Numbered from the stretch's first letter, positions 45,218-53,490 are shown. The stretch: 64,000 nucleotides of DNA from Patescibacteria group bacterium (GCA_022709565.1 JAKLIO010000001.1:4368-68367); one strand, 5' to 3'. The notes: generated from the letters alone by a model not told the origin. Translations and numbers: made by a program.

Positions 45218-45652
45218 TTACTCGCGATCCGCTTTTATTCTTTTTTTAAAAATTACGGACGCGATGAAAATTATTACGAAAAAAATGCAACCCATAACGC
45301 AGGTCGGAAGTCCGAAAAAATAGGCTCCGAAACCGCTCTGCCAAAGTAGCGGAATTTCCCCTATCGAAAAATAGCCGGCAAAAATTATTCCGGCCAACGA
45401 AACGCCAAACAGCACTTTTGCTAAATATTCCACATTCCATTTGCCCAGCGCTAAAATTATGGAGAAAATAAAAAGCAAGCAAAACATTGCAAATCCGAAA
45501 TAGCAAGCCGGCATTCCTAAAAAAAGCGGGCAAGTTTCCCCGAAGGCGCAGGTTGCTGAGAAGAATTTCACTCCGCTCATATAGCCGGAAAACAAAACTC
45601 CGACCATGGAAGCTATCAAAAAGAAAATTTTAAAATTTTTATATGTTTCCAT
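45218..45652 (-). CDS. 4-TM membrane protein with conserved Cys pairs (possibly VKOR-like)
   Basis: Contains SATCAFGETCPLFLGMPACYFG and GLPTCVMGC. The functional call is tentative. Confidence 0.5.
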   Translation of the reverse strand: METYKNFKIFFLIASMVGVLFSGYMSGVKFFSATCAFGETCPLFLGMPACYFGFAMFCLLFIFSIILALGKWNVEYLAKVLFGVSLAGIIFAGYFSIGEIPLLWQSGFGAYFFGLPTCVMGCIFFVIIFIASVIFKKRIKADRE

Positions 45653-45664
45653 ATTTTTTACTTG

Positions 45665-45701
45665 CCCCGTTAAATTCCGCTTGCGGACTATTTAACTGGG
45701 G
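45665..45701 (-). repeat. hairpin-family element abutting the 45652 start
   Basis: The plus strand reads CCCCGTTAAAT TCCG cttg CGGA ct ATTTAACTGGGG. The sense strand ends ..TTTAACGGGGCAAGTAAAAAATATG. Confidence 0.6.
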
Positions 45702-45727
45702 TTTTTTATTTATTAAACGGTCTAAGC

Positions 45728-45889
45728 CTAAAATCTCGCCGCAACGAAGACTCCGATGTAGTAAGGCCAAAGCACAATTGCCAAAACACCTTTCCAAAAG
45801 GCCAGTTGCAAAAAGCCGATAGTGAATAGCCAGCCCGCCGCCCATAATAAACCAATGGAACAGCCGTTTTCGATTTTTATTCTTTCCAT
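45728..45889 (-). CDS. hypothetical small membrane protein (53 aa)
   Basis: My own translation is MERIKIENGCSIGLLWAAGWLFTIGFLQLAFWKGVLAIVLWPYYIGVFVAARF. It is preceded by the conserved ..TTTAACGGGGCAAGAATATATG context. It falls below the track cutoff. Confidence 0.45.
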   Translation of the reverse strand: MERIKIENGCSIGLLWAAGWLFTIGFLQLAFWKGVLAIVLWPYYIGVFVAARF

Positions 45890-45898
45890 ATATTCTTG

Positions 45899-45938
45899 CC
45901 CCGTTAAATTTCCACGAAGTGAAACTATTTAACTGGGG
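45899..45938 (-). repeat. hairpin-family element abutting the 45889 start
   Basis: The plus strand reads CCCCGTTAAAT TTCCAC gaa GTGAAA ct ATTTAACTGGGG. Confidence 0.6.
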
Positions 45939-45960
45939 TTTTATATTTTATAATTATTTA

Positions 45961-46446
45961 TTAAATCTGAGCGAAGATAATCATATAATTATTGCCGTAT
46001 TTTTTGGCGCATTTTGGACAATAGGCATAATGAATATAATAGTCTTTGGCTTTTTTGCCTTGAGCTTCTAAATACTCATTCATCTCTTTGATGAATTTTG
46101 GAACATCCCTATACGCACCGGCATAGACTTTAGCCACAAATGTTCCGGAAATATTCTCATTGTTAGCATTTGGCACAGTGCCGGTCACAGATAAATATAT
46201 TTCCGATTTGAAAGCGCTGGGGTCATGGAATAGCATCAATACATCTTCAATATCAGTTTCCACCGTTTTGGCATTTTCTGACATCTGGCACATTTTGGTA
46301 ATTTTTTGACCAATCATTGGATAAAACGGGATATGGAAAAATGTCGGAATAGTTTCCTTGATAAATTTTTTATTTTCCCAATTAAATGTCTGCCCGTCCC
46401 ATTTTTCTGGATTAAACTTGGGACAACAAATTTTTTCTTCGTTCAT
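45961..46446 (-). CDS. hypothetical protein with an N-terminal CC motif and a C-terminal CPKC motif
   Basis: This 161-aa ORF reads MNEEKICCPKF... and ...YCPKCAKKYG. No family was recognised. Confidence 0.55.
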   Translation of the reverse strand: MNEEKICCPKFNPEKWDGQTFNWENKKFIKETIPTFFHIPFYPMIGQKITKMCQMSENAKTVETDIEDVLMLFHDPSAFKSEIYLSVTGTVPNANNENISGTFVAKVYAGAYRDVPKFIKEMNEYLEAQGKKAKDYYIHYAYCPKCAKKYGNNYMIIFAQI

Positions 46447-46469
46447 ATTGTTTTATTAATTAATAAAAA

Positions 46470-47210
46470 TTACTCCTTAGTTGCTTTGATTTTTAAACTT
46501 TCCAGCGGCATGCCGGAATATTGCTTCTTGCTGATGTCTACATCTTCCGAAAGAACCTCGACTGCAAAACCGGCATTTTTAATCTTAGCAATATAGTCAT
46601 CTTTAAGAAGCGCTCCCGCCACACAGCCAGAAAGGAGCTCCTTATTATTTTTAACTTCCTCCGGCAGTTCCTGAAGAAGCACAATATCGGAAACAAACAT
46701 TTTCCCTCCGTTTTTCAAAACCCGATAAGCTTCGGCAAAAACTTTATCTTTGTCAGGCGACAAATTAATCACGCAATTGCTAATAACAATATCAACTGAA
46801 TCATTTTCCACCGGCAAGCTTTCGATCTCGCCCAATTTGAATTCAACATTTCTGTAGCCGTATTTTTCGCCGTTCGCTTTGGCTTTGGCCACCATTTCCG
46901 GAACCATATCCACTCCGATCACGCTGCCTGTTTCTTCCACTTTTCGAGCCGCCAAAAAACAATCCAAGCCTGCGCCCGATCCCAGATCCAAAACCGTGTC
47001 GCCCGCTTTCATTTCCGCCATAGCGACCGGATTTCCACAACCCAATCCCAAATTCGCCTCGGAAAATTTTCCAATATCTTCTTTGGAATAGCCGATTTCT
47101 TCAGCGATTCTTTCCTGCTCCTGTTTAGCCCCGCAGCAAGAGCAACCGCTGCCTTTGGCAATCTTCGTATAACTTTCTTTCACAATTTTTTTCACTTCAT
47201 CTTTTTGCAT
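46470..47210 (-). CDS. arsM: arsenite S-adenosylmethionine methyltransferase-like (ArsM family)
   Basis: Has N-terminal Cys residues (GSGCSCCG), the SAM motif VLDLGSGAGLD, and ..ISNCVINLSPDK... Confidence 0.78.
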   Translation of the reverse strand: MQKDEVKKIVKESYTKIAKGSGCSCCGAKQEQERIAEEIGYSKEDIGKFSEANLGLGCGNPVAMAEMKAGDTVLDLGSGAGLDCFLAARKVEETGSVIGVDMVPEMVAKAKANGEKYGYRNVEFKLGEIESLPVENDSVDIVISNCVINLSPDKDKVFAEAYRVLKNGGKMFVSDIVLLQELPEEVKNNKELLSGCVAGALLKDDYIAKIKNAGFAVEVLSEDVDISKKQYSGMPLESLKIKATKE

Positions 47211-47255
47211 AATGTATATAGTTTATTATTCATTTCCCTTATCCCAATTATACCA

Positions 47256-47292
47256 CCAAAACAGAAACCAGTCTCAAAAAGATCGGTTTCTG
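47256..47292 (-). terminator. rho-independent terminator
   Basis: The minus strand reads CAGAAACC (15-nt loop) GGTTTCTG TTTTGG. Confidence 0.55.
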
Positions 47293-47314
47293 ATCGGTAG
47301 AACCATATTTTTTG

Positions 47315-47560
47315 TTACCTGAACAATTTGACCACAAAAATCAGCACGATTGCTCCTACCAGCGCCACGAGAAAGCTGTATAAATTGAATCCGGTTATGC
47401 CTGTCTTTCCGATAAAACTCATCAGCCAACCACCAAGAAAAGCGCCGATAATCCCCACTACGACATTGAGGATCATCCCCTGATTATCATCTGTACCCAT
47501 CAGCATGGATGCGATCCAGCCGACCAGGGCTCCAAACACGATCCAAAGAATTATACCCAT
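47315..47560 (-). CDS. GlsB/YeaQ/YmgE-family stress membrane protein
   Basis: I place the start at the internal ATG (MGIILWIVFGALVGWIASMLMG...GAFLGGWL..), giving a typical 81-aa family member. Confidence 0.8.
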   Translation of the reverse strand: MGIILWIVFGALVGWIASMLMGTDDNQGMILNVVVGIIGAFLGGWLMSFIGKTGITGFNLYSFLVALVGAIVLIFVVKLFR

Positions 47561-47621
47561 ATGATTTAAATTAATTATTATATAATACAATACAATATTC
47601 ATTGAAACTTATTTCTATCAC

Positions 47622-47665
47622 CAAAAACAAAGACAGCCTCCGAGTCATTTATGGCTCGAAGGCTG
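47622..47665 (-). terminator. rho-independent terminator
   Basis: The minus strand reads CAGCCTTCGAG (10-nt loop) CTCGGAGGCTG TCTTTGTTTTT. Confidence 0.6.
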
Positions 47666-47678
47666 GTGTGCACTGCGT

Positions 47679-48251
47679 TCATAGGGGAACTTTTTTAAAT
47701 TTTCTTTTTCCTTTCTGCAGTTCAATTCCCATTTCTGCCGGAATGATGGCAAAAATTTCCGCCTGATCAATGGAAAGATTCTTGAGTTTCTTAATTTTAT
47801 CCGGATCTTTAAGGATCTCCGTTTTGTCGACCGCTTCCTTGGTGCGGATAAAATCTAAAAGTCCCTGGCGCTTGAGCTCAGCTATGGCCGCTTCCTCATC
47901 TTCCACGATGACTGACGGGGGCGGAAAATACCATCGGATCTTATCGCCAGCCATAAACTCAACCGTTTTTTTCTTTTCGTTTTCAGTCAGCTCTTCACGA
48001 TGTCCTTGAGCAAAAATAAATATTCCTGCCGCCAGCCTGTCAATCTCCTCTTCGAGGGGCTTAGCCTTACCTTGGGCATCCTTTTTTATTTCATTGATCT
48101 CATCTTCATGCCTCTTTATTTTCTTTGAAGCTTCTTCACCGATTGATCTTATCTTTTGCTCCGCCTCGCGGACTTGGGCTGCAAATTGCTCCAGTTCAGG
48201 TCTGTCCTTAGGCACACTTGCTACTTTTTTCTTCACGGTTTCCTTTTTCAT
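47679..48251 (-). CDS. Mu Gam-like host-nuclease inhibitor family protein
   Basis: Has a coiled-coil N-terminus, then ..FAQGHREELTENEKKKTVEFMAGDKIRWYFPPPSV.V.DEEAAIAELKRQGLLDFIRTKE.VDK..I. Recognised from memory of the Gam family. Confidence 0.5.
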   Translation of the reverse strand: MKKETVKKKVASVPKDRPELEQFAAQVREAEQKIRSIGEEASKKIKRHEDEINEIKKDAQGKAKPLEEEIDRLAAGIFIFAQGHREELTENEKKKTVEFMAGDKIRWYFPPPSVIVEDEEAAIAELKRQGLLDFIRTKEAVDKTEILKDPDKIKKLKNLSIDQAEIFAIIPAEMGIELQKGKRKFKKVPL

Positions 48252-48397
48252 TTAATCCCCTCCTTTGATCGGATTTATTTTTATGGTTACATTAAAAGAA
48301 CAAATAAAAAAACAGCACGCCATCTGCTATTAATACAACCAATATTGGTAATTATTTGCCCATCCGTTTGACTCACTCTGGATGGTTATTAATAAAA

Positions 48398-48943
48398 TTA
48401 TCTTAAAATATATTCCCAGCCTGGTTGCCAGGCCTTGGTTTTTCTCCAGTCTTCCGTGAAAGCCTGCTTCCAAGTTTTATCTTTGAGTAAAACATCTAAT
48501 GACAATTGCGGCGCTTTATGAGCAACAATGGCAACATTTTTTCCGTCATAATTCTTTTTCAAAAAATCAAGAAAGTCGGCAATTCTATTTTTGACATCTT
48601 CATAGCTTTCGCCATCGGGAAATTTTTCCGTAGCATGTTCTTCTTGCAAGGGTTCGACTGTCTCGGAAGACTGGCCGTTATATATTCCATAATTGCATTC
48701 CCGAAGCCGTTCATCCGCAATAATAGGCACTTCCCCTTCAAAAGTTAGCTCTGCTGACTTTGTCGCTCTTTTTAAATCAGAACAAAAAACAACATCGAAT
48801 TTCTGGTCTTTAATTTTGTCTTTAAGGGCAATCGATTGCTCAATTCCCAGATCGGAAAGCTCAGCATCAGACCAGCCGGAAGATATTCCGGCTTCATTAT
48901 CAACAGTTGTCCCATGAACAAAATAGATTATTTTAATACTCAT
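48398..48943 (-). CDS. histidine-phosphatase (phosphoglycerate-mutase-like) family protein
   Basis: Has the family blocks IYFVHGTT.DN..G..SGW.D..LS..G..Q and ..SDL.RA. Val replaces the Arg of the canonical RHG motif. Confidence 0.7.
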   Translation of the reverse strand: MSIKIIYFVHGTTVDNEAGISSGWSDAELSDLGIEQSIALKDKIKDQKFDVVFCSDLKRATKSAELTFEGEVPIIADERLRECNYGIYNGQSSETVEPLQEEHATEKFPDGESYEDVKNRIADFLDFLKKNYDGKNVAIVAHKAPQLSLDVLLKDKTWKQAFTEDWRKTKAWQPGWEYILR

Positions 48944-48978
48944 ATTTTTTGTTACTGAACACGTTACTTAACACTTTT

Positions 48979-49007
48979 ATTCTACCCCTATCCATCATAT
49001 CCTTCAA
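48979..49007 (-). promoter_or_regulatory. putative sigma70-type promoter (conserved cassette)
   Basis: The minus strand reads GCCTTGAAG-GATATGATGGATAGGGG-TAGAAT (17-nt spacer). Confidence 0.55.
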
Positions 49008-49053
49008 GGCACGAAAAAACAGCCCCGTTTTGGTGAGACTGTTTGTAGATATT

Positions 49054-49092
49054 AAATAAGGATGACGTTAAATCACGTCACCCTTATTGATG
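49054..49092 (-). terminator. hairpin terminator after the PurN-like gene
   Basis: The minus strand reads AATAAGGGTGACGTgatttaACGTCATCCTTATTTAAT. Confidence 0.5.
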
Positions 49093-49119
49093 CTTTTGTT
49101 TGTGGCGATGAGTTTCCAA

Positions 49120-49824
49120 TCACCTCCTGTCTTGTATTTCCTGTACAGCCAGATTGACTGCGTAAGGTAAAACCCTGTGCTCATGTTTCAGGACAAATTT
49201 CTGCACCTTTTCTGCTGATTCCTTCAATGGAACTTTTTTGGAAATGTAGTCTGCAATAATCTCCGTCGGGATTTTCACTGGATACTGCAAAAAAATTCTT
49301 CCTTCGTCCCATTTTTCGGTTATTTCATGAATCGTAATCTTTGCATAGAACGGATCGGTCACTTCTTTTCGTCCTCGATAAACCAAGTCGCCCACTTCAT
49401 GGATAAGAAAGTTTTTATGAGGTCCCAGCCCGACCATATTGCGACCCCCGTGAGCAATAGTGCACTGTGGATGAATGTTCAGCATCAAGACACCGGGGAT
49501 AATAGGCAGCTTGTACTTGCACCCGAGTGCAAAAAGCAGATCTGCCTTCATGCTGATGACCATAGCCTCAACCTCATCTTCAAATGTTAGAAAATGATTC
49601 AATCTGAATCCCTTGGTATACCCTTCATAATTAATTTCCCAGACATTTTCATACCCGAGCGCTCTTGCTCTTCTCGCCCCTTCCAGTCCAAGCGCCGTGG
49701 CGATAATCCCAGCGATTTCAGCGTCTGGGATTAGTGATGACTTATGCGCATTAAGAACTGCTCCATTATCCGAACCTGTTCCGGAAAGAATAGTTACTAT
49801 GCGTACTGGTTTTGTCATAAACAT
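49120..49824 (-). CDS. formyltransferase-fold protein (divergent PurN-like)
   Basis: Has ..VTILSGTGSDNGAV.. and ..MLNIHP.. blocks, and sits next to purD. It is divergent, so the call is tentative. Confidence 0.5.
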   Translation of the reverse strand: MFMTKPVRIVTILSGTGSDNGAVLNAHKSSLIPDAEIAGIIATALGLEGARRARALGYENVWEINYEGYTKGFRLNHFLTFEDEVEAMVISMKADLLFALGCKYKLPIIPGVLMLNIHPQCTIAHGGRNMVGLGPHKNFLIHEVGDLVYRGRKEVTDPFYAKITIHEITEKWDEGRIFLQYPVKIPTEIIADYISKKVPLKESAEKVQKFVLKHEHRVLPYAVNLAVQEIQDRR

Positions 49825-49858
49825 GAATCTCCTTTCTCAATCTCGTTTATACGGTTTT

Positions 49859-51211
49859 TTATGCGGCCGCTCTATTGATTGCCTTTTTGGCAATATCCGT
49901 CCGATAGTGCATTCCATCGAAATGAATCATGCCAACCGCCTCATAGACTTTTTCTATTGCTCCAGTAAAATCACCTGGGAAATCTCCCTTGGCTGTCACA
50001 TAGAGCACCCGTCCACCGTTTGTAATCAGCTCGCCTTTTTTATTGCGCTTCACTCCAGCGAAAGATATAATGGCACCGGTTTTTTCGGCGTCTTCAATGC
50101 CAGTTATAACATCACCCTTCCTGGGTTTTCCGACAGAATATCCTTCGGCTGTAAGCGCAACTGTAACTGCTGGAACATCATCCCACTCGATTTTAAACTT
50201 ATCGAGAGCACCATCAAGTGCGGCCATGATCAGCTCGGCGAAATCAGATTTCATTCTCGCCAAGATCGGCTGCGTTTCCGGATCGCCTGAGCGCACATTG
50301 AACTCCAGCACGTTGATTTTTCCGTCTTTTATCATAAGGCCGATGTACAGGAAACCGGTAAACGGACATTTCTCTTTTTTCATTCCGTTTATTACCTTAC
50401 GAACAATTCTGCGCACCTTTTTTTCCACTGCATCGGTGACAACCGGAGCGGGAGAATATGCTCCCATACCTCCAGTATTGCGTTTAGGCCTTGGACCATC
50501 ATAATCATCATTTTCGCTTAACTTATGATCCTGCGAAGATGCAAGAGAAATAAAGTTTCCATTCTTGTCGATAATGACGATATAGGAAGCTTCTTCACCT
50601 TTAAGACAATCTTCAATGATGATTTTTCCGTTCCCCGCCTCTCCGAATTTTCCTGCCAGTATGTCATCTAGGAATTCAATAGCGGCAACCAGATCATAAC
50701 AAACTCTGACGCCTTTGCCGGCCGCCAGTCCGTCCATTTTGATAACCAGGGGGAATTTTTTAGGCTTCCCAAATTCAGTGAGTGTGCCGGAAAAATAATC
50801 TTTGGCTTTGACAGCATTTTCCAGAACTATAAAGGGAGCTGTCGGAATTTTATGTCTTTTCATAAACTCTTTGGCCCGAACCTTCGAGCCCTCCAATCTT
50901 GCCGCCGCTCCTTTCGGGCCTAAACTATTAAGACCCGCTGCTTCAAAATCATCGCTGGCACCAAGAACCAAGGGGTCCTCTGGACCGGCAACGATACAGC
51001 CAACGTCATTTTCAAGAGCAAAGTTTCTGAGCCCTAAGACGTTTTTTGCTGTTATGTCGCTGATGGGTGTTGTTTTTGGTATTCGCCCCATTTCATCATT
51101 TCCCGGAGCACAATAAATTTTGTCCACCAGCGGTGACTGCGCTAACTTTCCCACCATTGAATATTCCCTGCCGCCACTTCCTATCACTAAAATACGTTTA
51201 CGTTCTTTCAT
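49859..51211 (-). CDS. purD: phosphoribosylamine--glycine ligase (PurD)
   Basis: Has ILVIGSGGREYSM, CAPGN, NTGGMGAYSPAPV, EFNVRSGDPETQ, and the C-terminal YRTDIA. Confidence 0.88.
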   Translation of the reverse strand: MKERKRILVIGSGGREYSMVGKLAQSPLVDKIYCAPGNDEMGRIPKTTPISDITAKNVLGLRNFALENDVGCIVAGPEDPLVLGASDDFEAAGLNSLGPKGAAARLEGSKVRAKEFMKRHKIPTAPFIVLENAVKAKDYFSGTLTEFGKPKKFPLVIKMDGLAAGKGVRVCYDLVAAIEFLDDILAGKFGEAGNGKIIIEDCLKGEEASYIVIIDKNGNFISLASSQDHKLSENDDYDGPRPKRNTGGMGAYSPAPVVTDAVEKKVRRIVRKVINGMKKEKCPFTGFLYIGLMIKDGKINVLEFNVRSGDPETQPILARMKSDFAELIMAALDGALDKFKIEWDDVPAVTVALTAEGYSVGKPRKGDVITGIEDAEKTGAIISFAGVKRNKKGELITNGGRVLYVTAKGDFPGDFTGAIEKVYEAVGMIHFDGMHYRTDIAKKAINRAAA

Positions 51212-51298
51212 GCCATCACCCTTTTCCTTTCTTTTTGATATTTTTTTGACTAATTTTATAAGTACTCTTTATTTAATATCTACTAAATAAAGTTTTTT

Positions 51299-51327
51299 AT
51301 CATAGCAACTGGGCTATAAAAATGCAA
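51299..51327 (-). promoter_or_regulatory. putative promoter of purD
   Basis: The minus strand reads TTGCAT-N17-TATGAT, followed by AAAAAACTTTATT and a leader hairpin. Confidence 0.55.
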
Positions 51328-51345
51328 ATAACAAATTCTGGGAAT

Positions 51346-51382
51346 TGAAAAGTGGCTAATCTAATAATACAGATTAGCCACT
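51346..51382 (-). terminator. rho-independent terminator after the purD paralogue
   Basis: A 12-bp stem AAGTGGCTAATCT/AGATTAGCCACTT is followed by TTTC. Confidence 0.7.
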
Positions 51383-51446
51383 TAACACGTGAGATTTTTC
51401 TCATTTACTACTGGTAAATTGCTCTGTCGCCAATATCCTTTTGATA

Positions 51447-52721
51447 TTATTGACCACAGAATAAGATCTTTTCGAGAGCTTCACAGGCCTTTTTCCTTGC
51501 GCCCAGGTAATCTCCGGGGAAATTACCTTTATGTGTAACACTGAGTACTTTTTCTCCCGCTGTTATAAGGTTGCCGGATTCATTAAGAGCCACTCCAGCA
51601 AAAGACACAATAGCACCGGTTTTTTCGGCATCCTTAATGCCTAAAATTTCGTCTCCCTTTATGAGAGTACCCGGATACCCTTCGGCCGCCGCCACAAAAC
51701 AAACTGCCGGAACATCATCCCAACGAATCGTGCATGTATCAAGCTTGCCCTCGATAGCTGCCGAGATCAAAGTCAAAAAGCTTGTTTTCATTCTGGCCAT
51801 TATAGGTGGAGTATCCAAGTCGCCCAAACACACATTAAGCTCCAGCACGTTGAGTTCTTCATCTTTGATCATCAGACCGAGGTTTAGAAATCCAAAAAAT
51901 GGATTCTCTTCTTCTCTCATACCTTTAATCACTTTGCGGACAATATCGTGGATCTCTTCTTCCGCAACTGCGGTAACAACTGGAGCCGGAGAATAGGCGC
52001 CCATGCCGCCAGTGTTGAATCCGACATCTCCGTTGCCAATCCGCTTGTTATTTTGTGAAGATGCCAGTGGAATGAAATTTCCTTTCTTGTCCACCAAGAC
52101 ACTATAGGAAGCTTTCTCGCCCAGTAGGTAATCCTCCAGCAGAAGGCTGTCGTTGGCATTTCCGAATTTACCTGACCTTATTTCTTCAAGAAACTCGAGG
52201 GCAGATTGCAGATCATTGCAAACCCTGACACCCTTGCCGACAGCCAGTCCATCCATTTTCAAGACCAGCGGAAATTTCGTGGACTTCTTTTCGGCCGTTT
52301 TTTTCAACAATTCAATGGCCTCATCGGCATTGGCAAAAACATTAAACGGCGCTGTTGGAATATCGTGCCTGCCCATAAAATGCTTAGCAAGAGTTTTTGA
52401 TCCTCCTGCCAGCTTGGCAGCTTTTTCTCTTGACCCGAATATCGGAAGTTTTGCATTTTCGAAAGCATCGACGATGCCATTGAACTGTGGCTCCTCCGAA
52501 CCAACAATGGTCACCTCTATTTCCTGCTCCTTGGCAAATTTCAGAAGTGCCGGAATATCGTTGGCTTTAATGTCAATGCATTCCGCCCCCGGGATCAGAC
52601 GCATACCCGCATTGCCTGGAGCGCAAAAGATAGTACAAACAATTGGAGATTTTGCTATCATCCAAGCCATTTCGTACTCTCTTACTCCATCCCCGATAAC
52701 CAAAACTTGAATTGGATCCAT
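51447..52721 (-). CDS. PurD paralogue with altered conserved motifs
   Basis: About 50% identical by eye to purD. GDGVREYEM replaces GSGGREY, LNVCLGDLDT replaces FNVRSGDPET, and the C-terminal YRTDIA block is absent. I place the start at ATG 52721. Confidence 0.75.
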   Translation of the reverse strand: MDPIQVLVIGDGVREYEMAWMIAKSPIVCTIFCAPGNAGMRLIPGAECIDIKANDIPALLKFAKEQEIEVTIVGSEEPQFNGIVDAFENAKLPIFGSREKAAKLAGGSKTLAKHFMGRHDIPTAPFNVFANADEAIELLKKTAEKKSTKFPLVLKMDGLAVGKGVRVCNDLQSALEFLEEIRSGKFGNANDSLLLEDYLLGEKASYSVLVDKKGNFIPLASSQNNKRIGNGDVGFNTGGMGAYSPAPVVTAVAEEEIHDIVRKVIKGMREEENPFFGFLNLGLMIKDEELNVLELNVCLGDLDTPPIMARMKTSFLTLISAAIEGKLDTCTIRWDDVPAVCFVAAAEGYPGTLIKGDEILGIKDAEKTGAIVSFAGVALNESGNLITAGEKVLSVTHKGNFPGDYLGARKKACEALEKILFCGQ

Positions 52722-52797
52722 AACCCTCTCTTTCCTTTCTTTTTGAAGTATTTTTTGTAGGTACCCCTTATTCAATCGCTATTGAATAAAGTTTTTT

Positions 52798-52826
52798 ATT
52801 ATATCAGACAAATTTACAAAATGCAA
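52798..52826 (-). promoter_or_regulatory. putative promoter of the purD paralogue
   Basis: The minus strand reads TTGCAT-N17-TATAAT, followed by AAAAAACTTTATT and a leader hairpin. Confidence 0.6.
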
Positions 52827-52869
52827 GATCTAAAAAACCAGCCCTTCTGGAGCCGGTTTATGATATCAA

Positions 52870-53373
52870 CTAAGCTGCGTTTAGCCTATCTTTTCTCTTT
52901 TTATACCAAAAGATAGCATAGAGAATAATCAAAATAGCTACGTTCGGGAAAAATATTATTGGGTTTCCCCACCCGATGCCATTGACCATAAAATCAGAAA
53001 CTGGCCAGAGAAAAGGCGTTGGAAAAAAATCGAAAGAATGGCTGGGAATGTCGATGAGAATATGCAATCCCCAAGCTCCCAACAGCCAGTATGGTTTTTT
53101 CCTGAAAAACCAAACGAGACAGAAAATAACGGCGAACACAATCAAGCTATGTGTGATGTTGTATAGAATATGCACATACTGCGGAACTAAACCTTGATCC
53201 ATATGCCCACCCGCAAAATTCACATTGGAAAAGCCCAGCATTCTGGCAACCATAAAAATTCCAAAAGAAAAAGCATCAGGAGCAAGTCCGATAAGAAAAG
53301 ATATGATATAATTTTTACGGTTTTTTCGGCCGAAAGCAATTCCACCCCAAAGCCCGTGAGAAATAACGTCCAT
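52870..53373 (-). CDS. membrane-bound metal-dependent hydrolase family protein (YdjM/DUF457-like)
   Basis: Starts MDVISHGLWGG, is polytopic, and has conserved His residues (..THSL.., ..IPSHS..). Confidence 0.55.
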   Translation of the reverse strand: MDVISHGLWGGIAFGRKNRKNYIISFLIGLAPDAFSFGIFMVARMLGFSNVNFAGGHMDQGLVPQYVHILYNITHSLIVFAVIFCLVWFFRKKPYWLLGAWGLHILIDIPSHSFDFFPTPFLWPVSDFMVNGIGWGNPIIFFPNVAILIILYAIFWYKKRKDRLNAA

Positions 53374-53416
53374 GCTGTTTTTTTATTTTTCTAGAATTAT
53401 TTAATAGAATACTCTC

Positions 53417-53445
53417 ATTCTAACCCCATTCCCCCTATTGTCCAA
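53417..53445 (-). promoter_or_regulatory. putative sigma70-type promoter (conserved cassette)
   Basis: The minus strand reads GCCTTGGAC-AATAGGGGGAATGGGGT-TAGAAT (17-nt spacer). Confidence 0.5.
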
Positions 53446-53449
53446 GGCA

Positions 53450-53472
53450 CAAAAAAACCAGCCTCGCTGGTA
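53450..53472 (-). terminator. rho-independent terminator after the receiver gene
   Basis: The minus strand reads ACCAGC gag GCTGGT TTTTTTT. Confidence 0.65.
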
Positions 53473-53490
53473 ATTTTTATTGAAACATTT

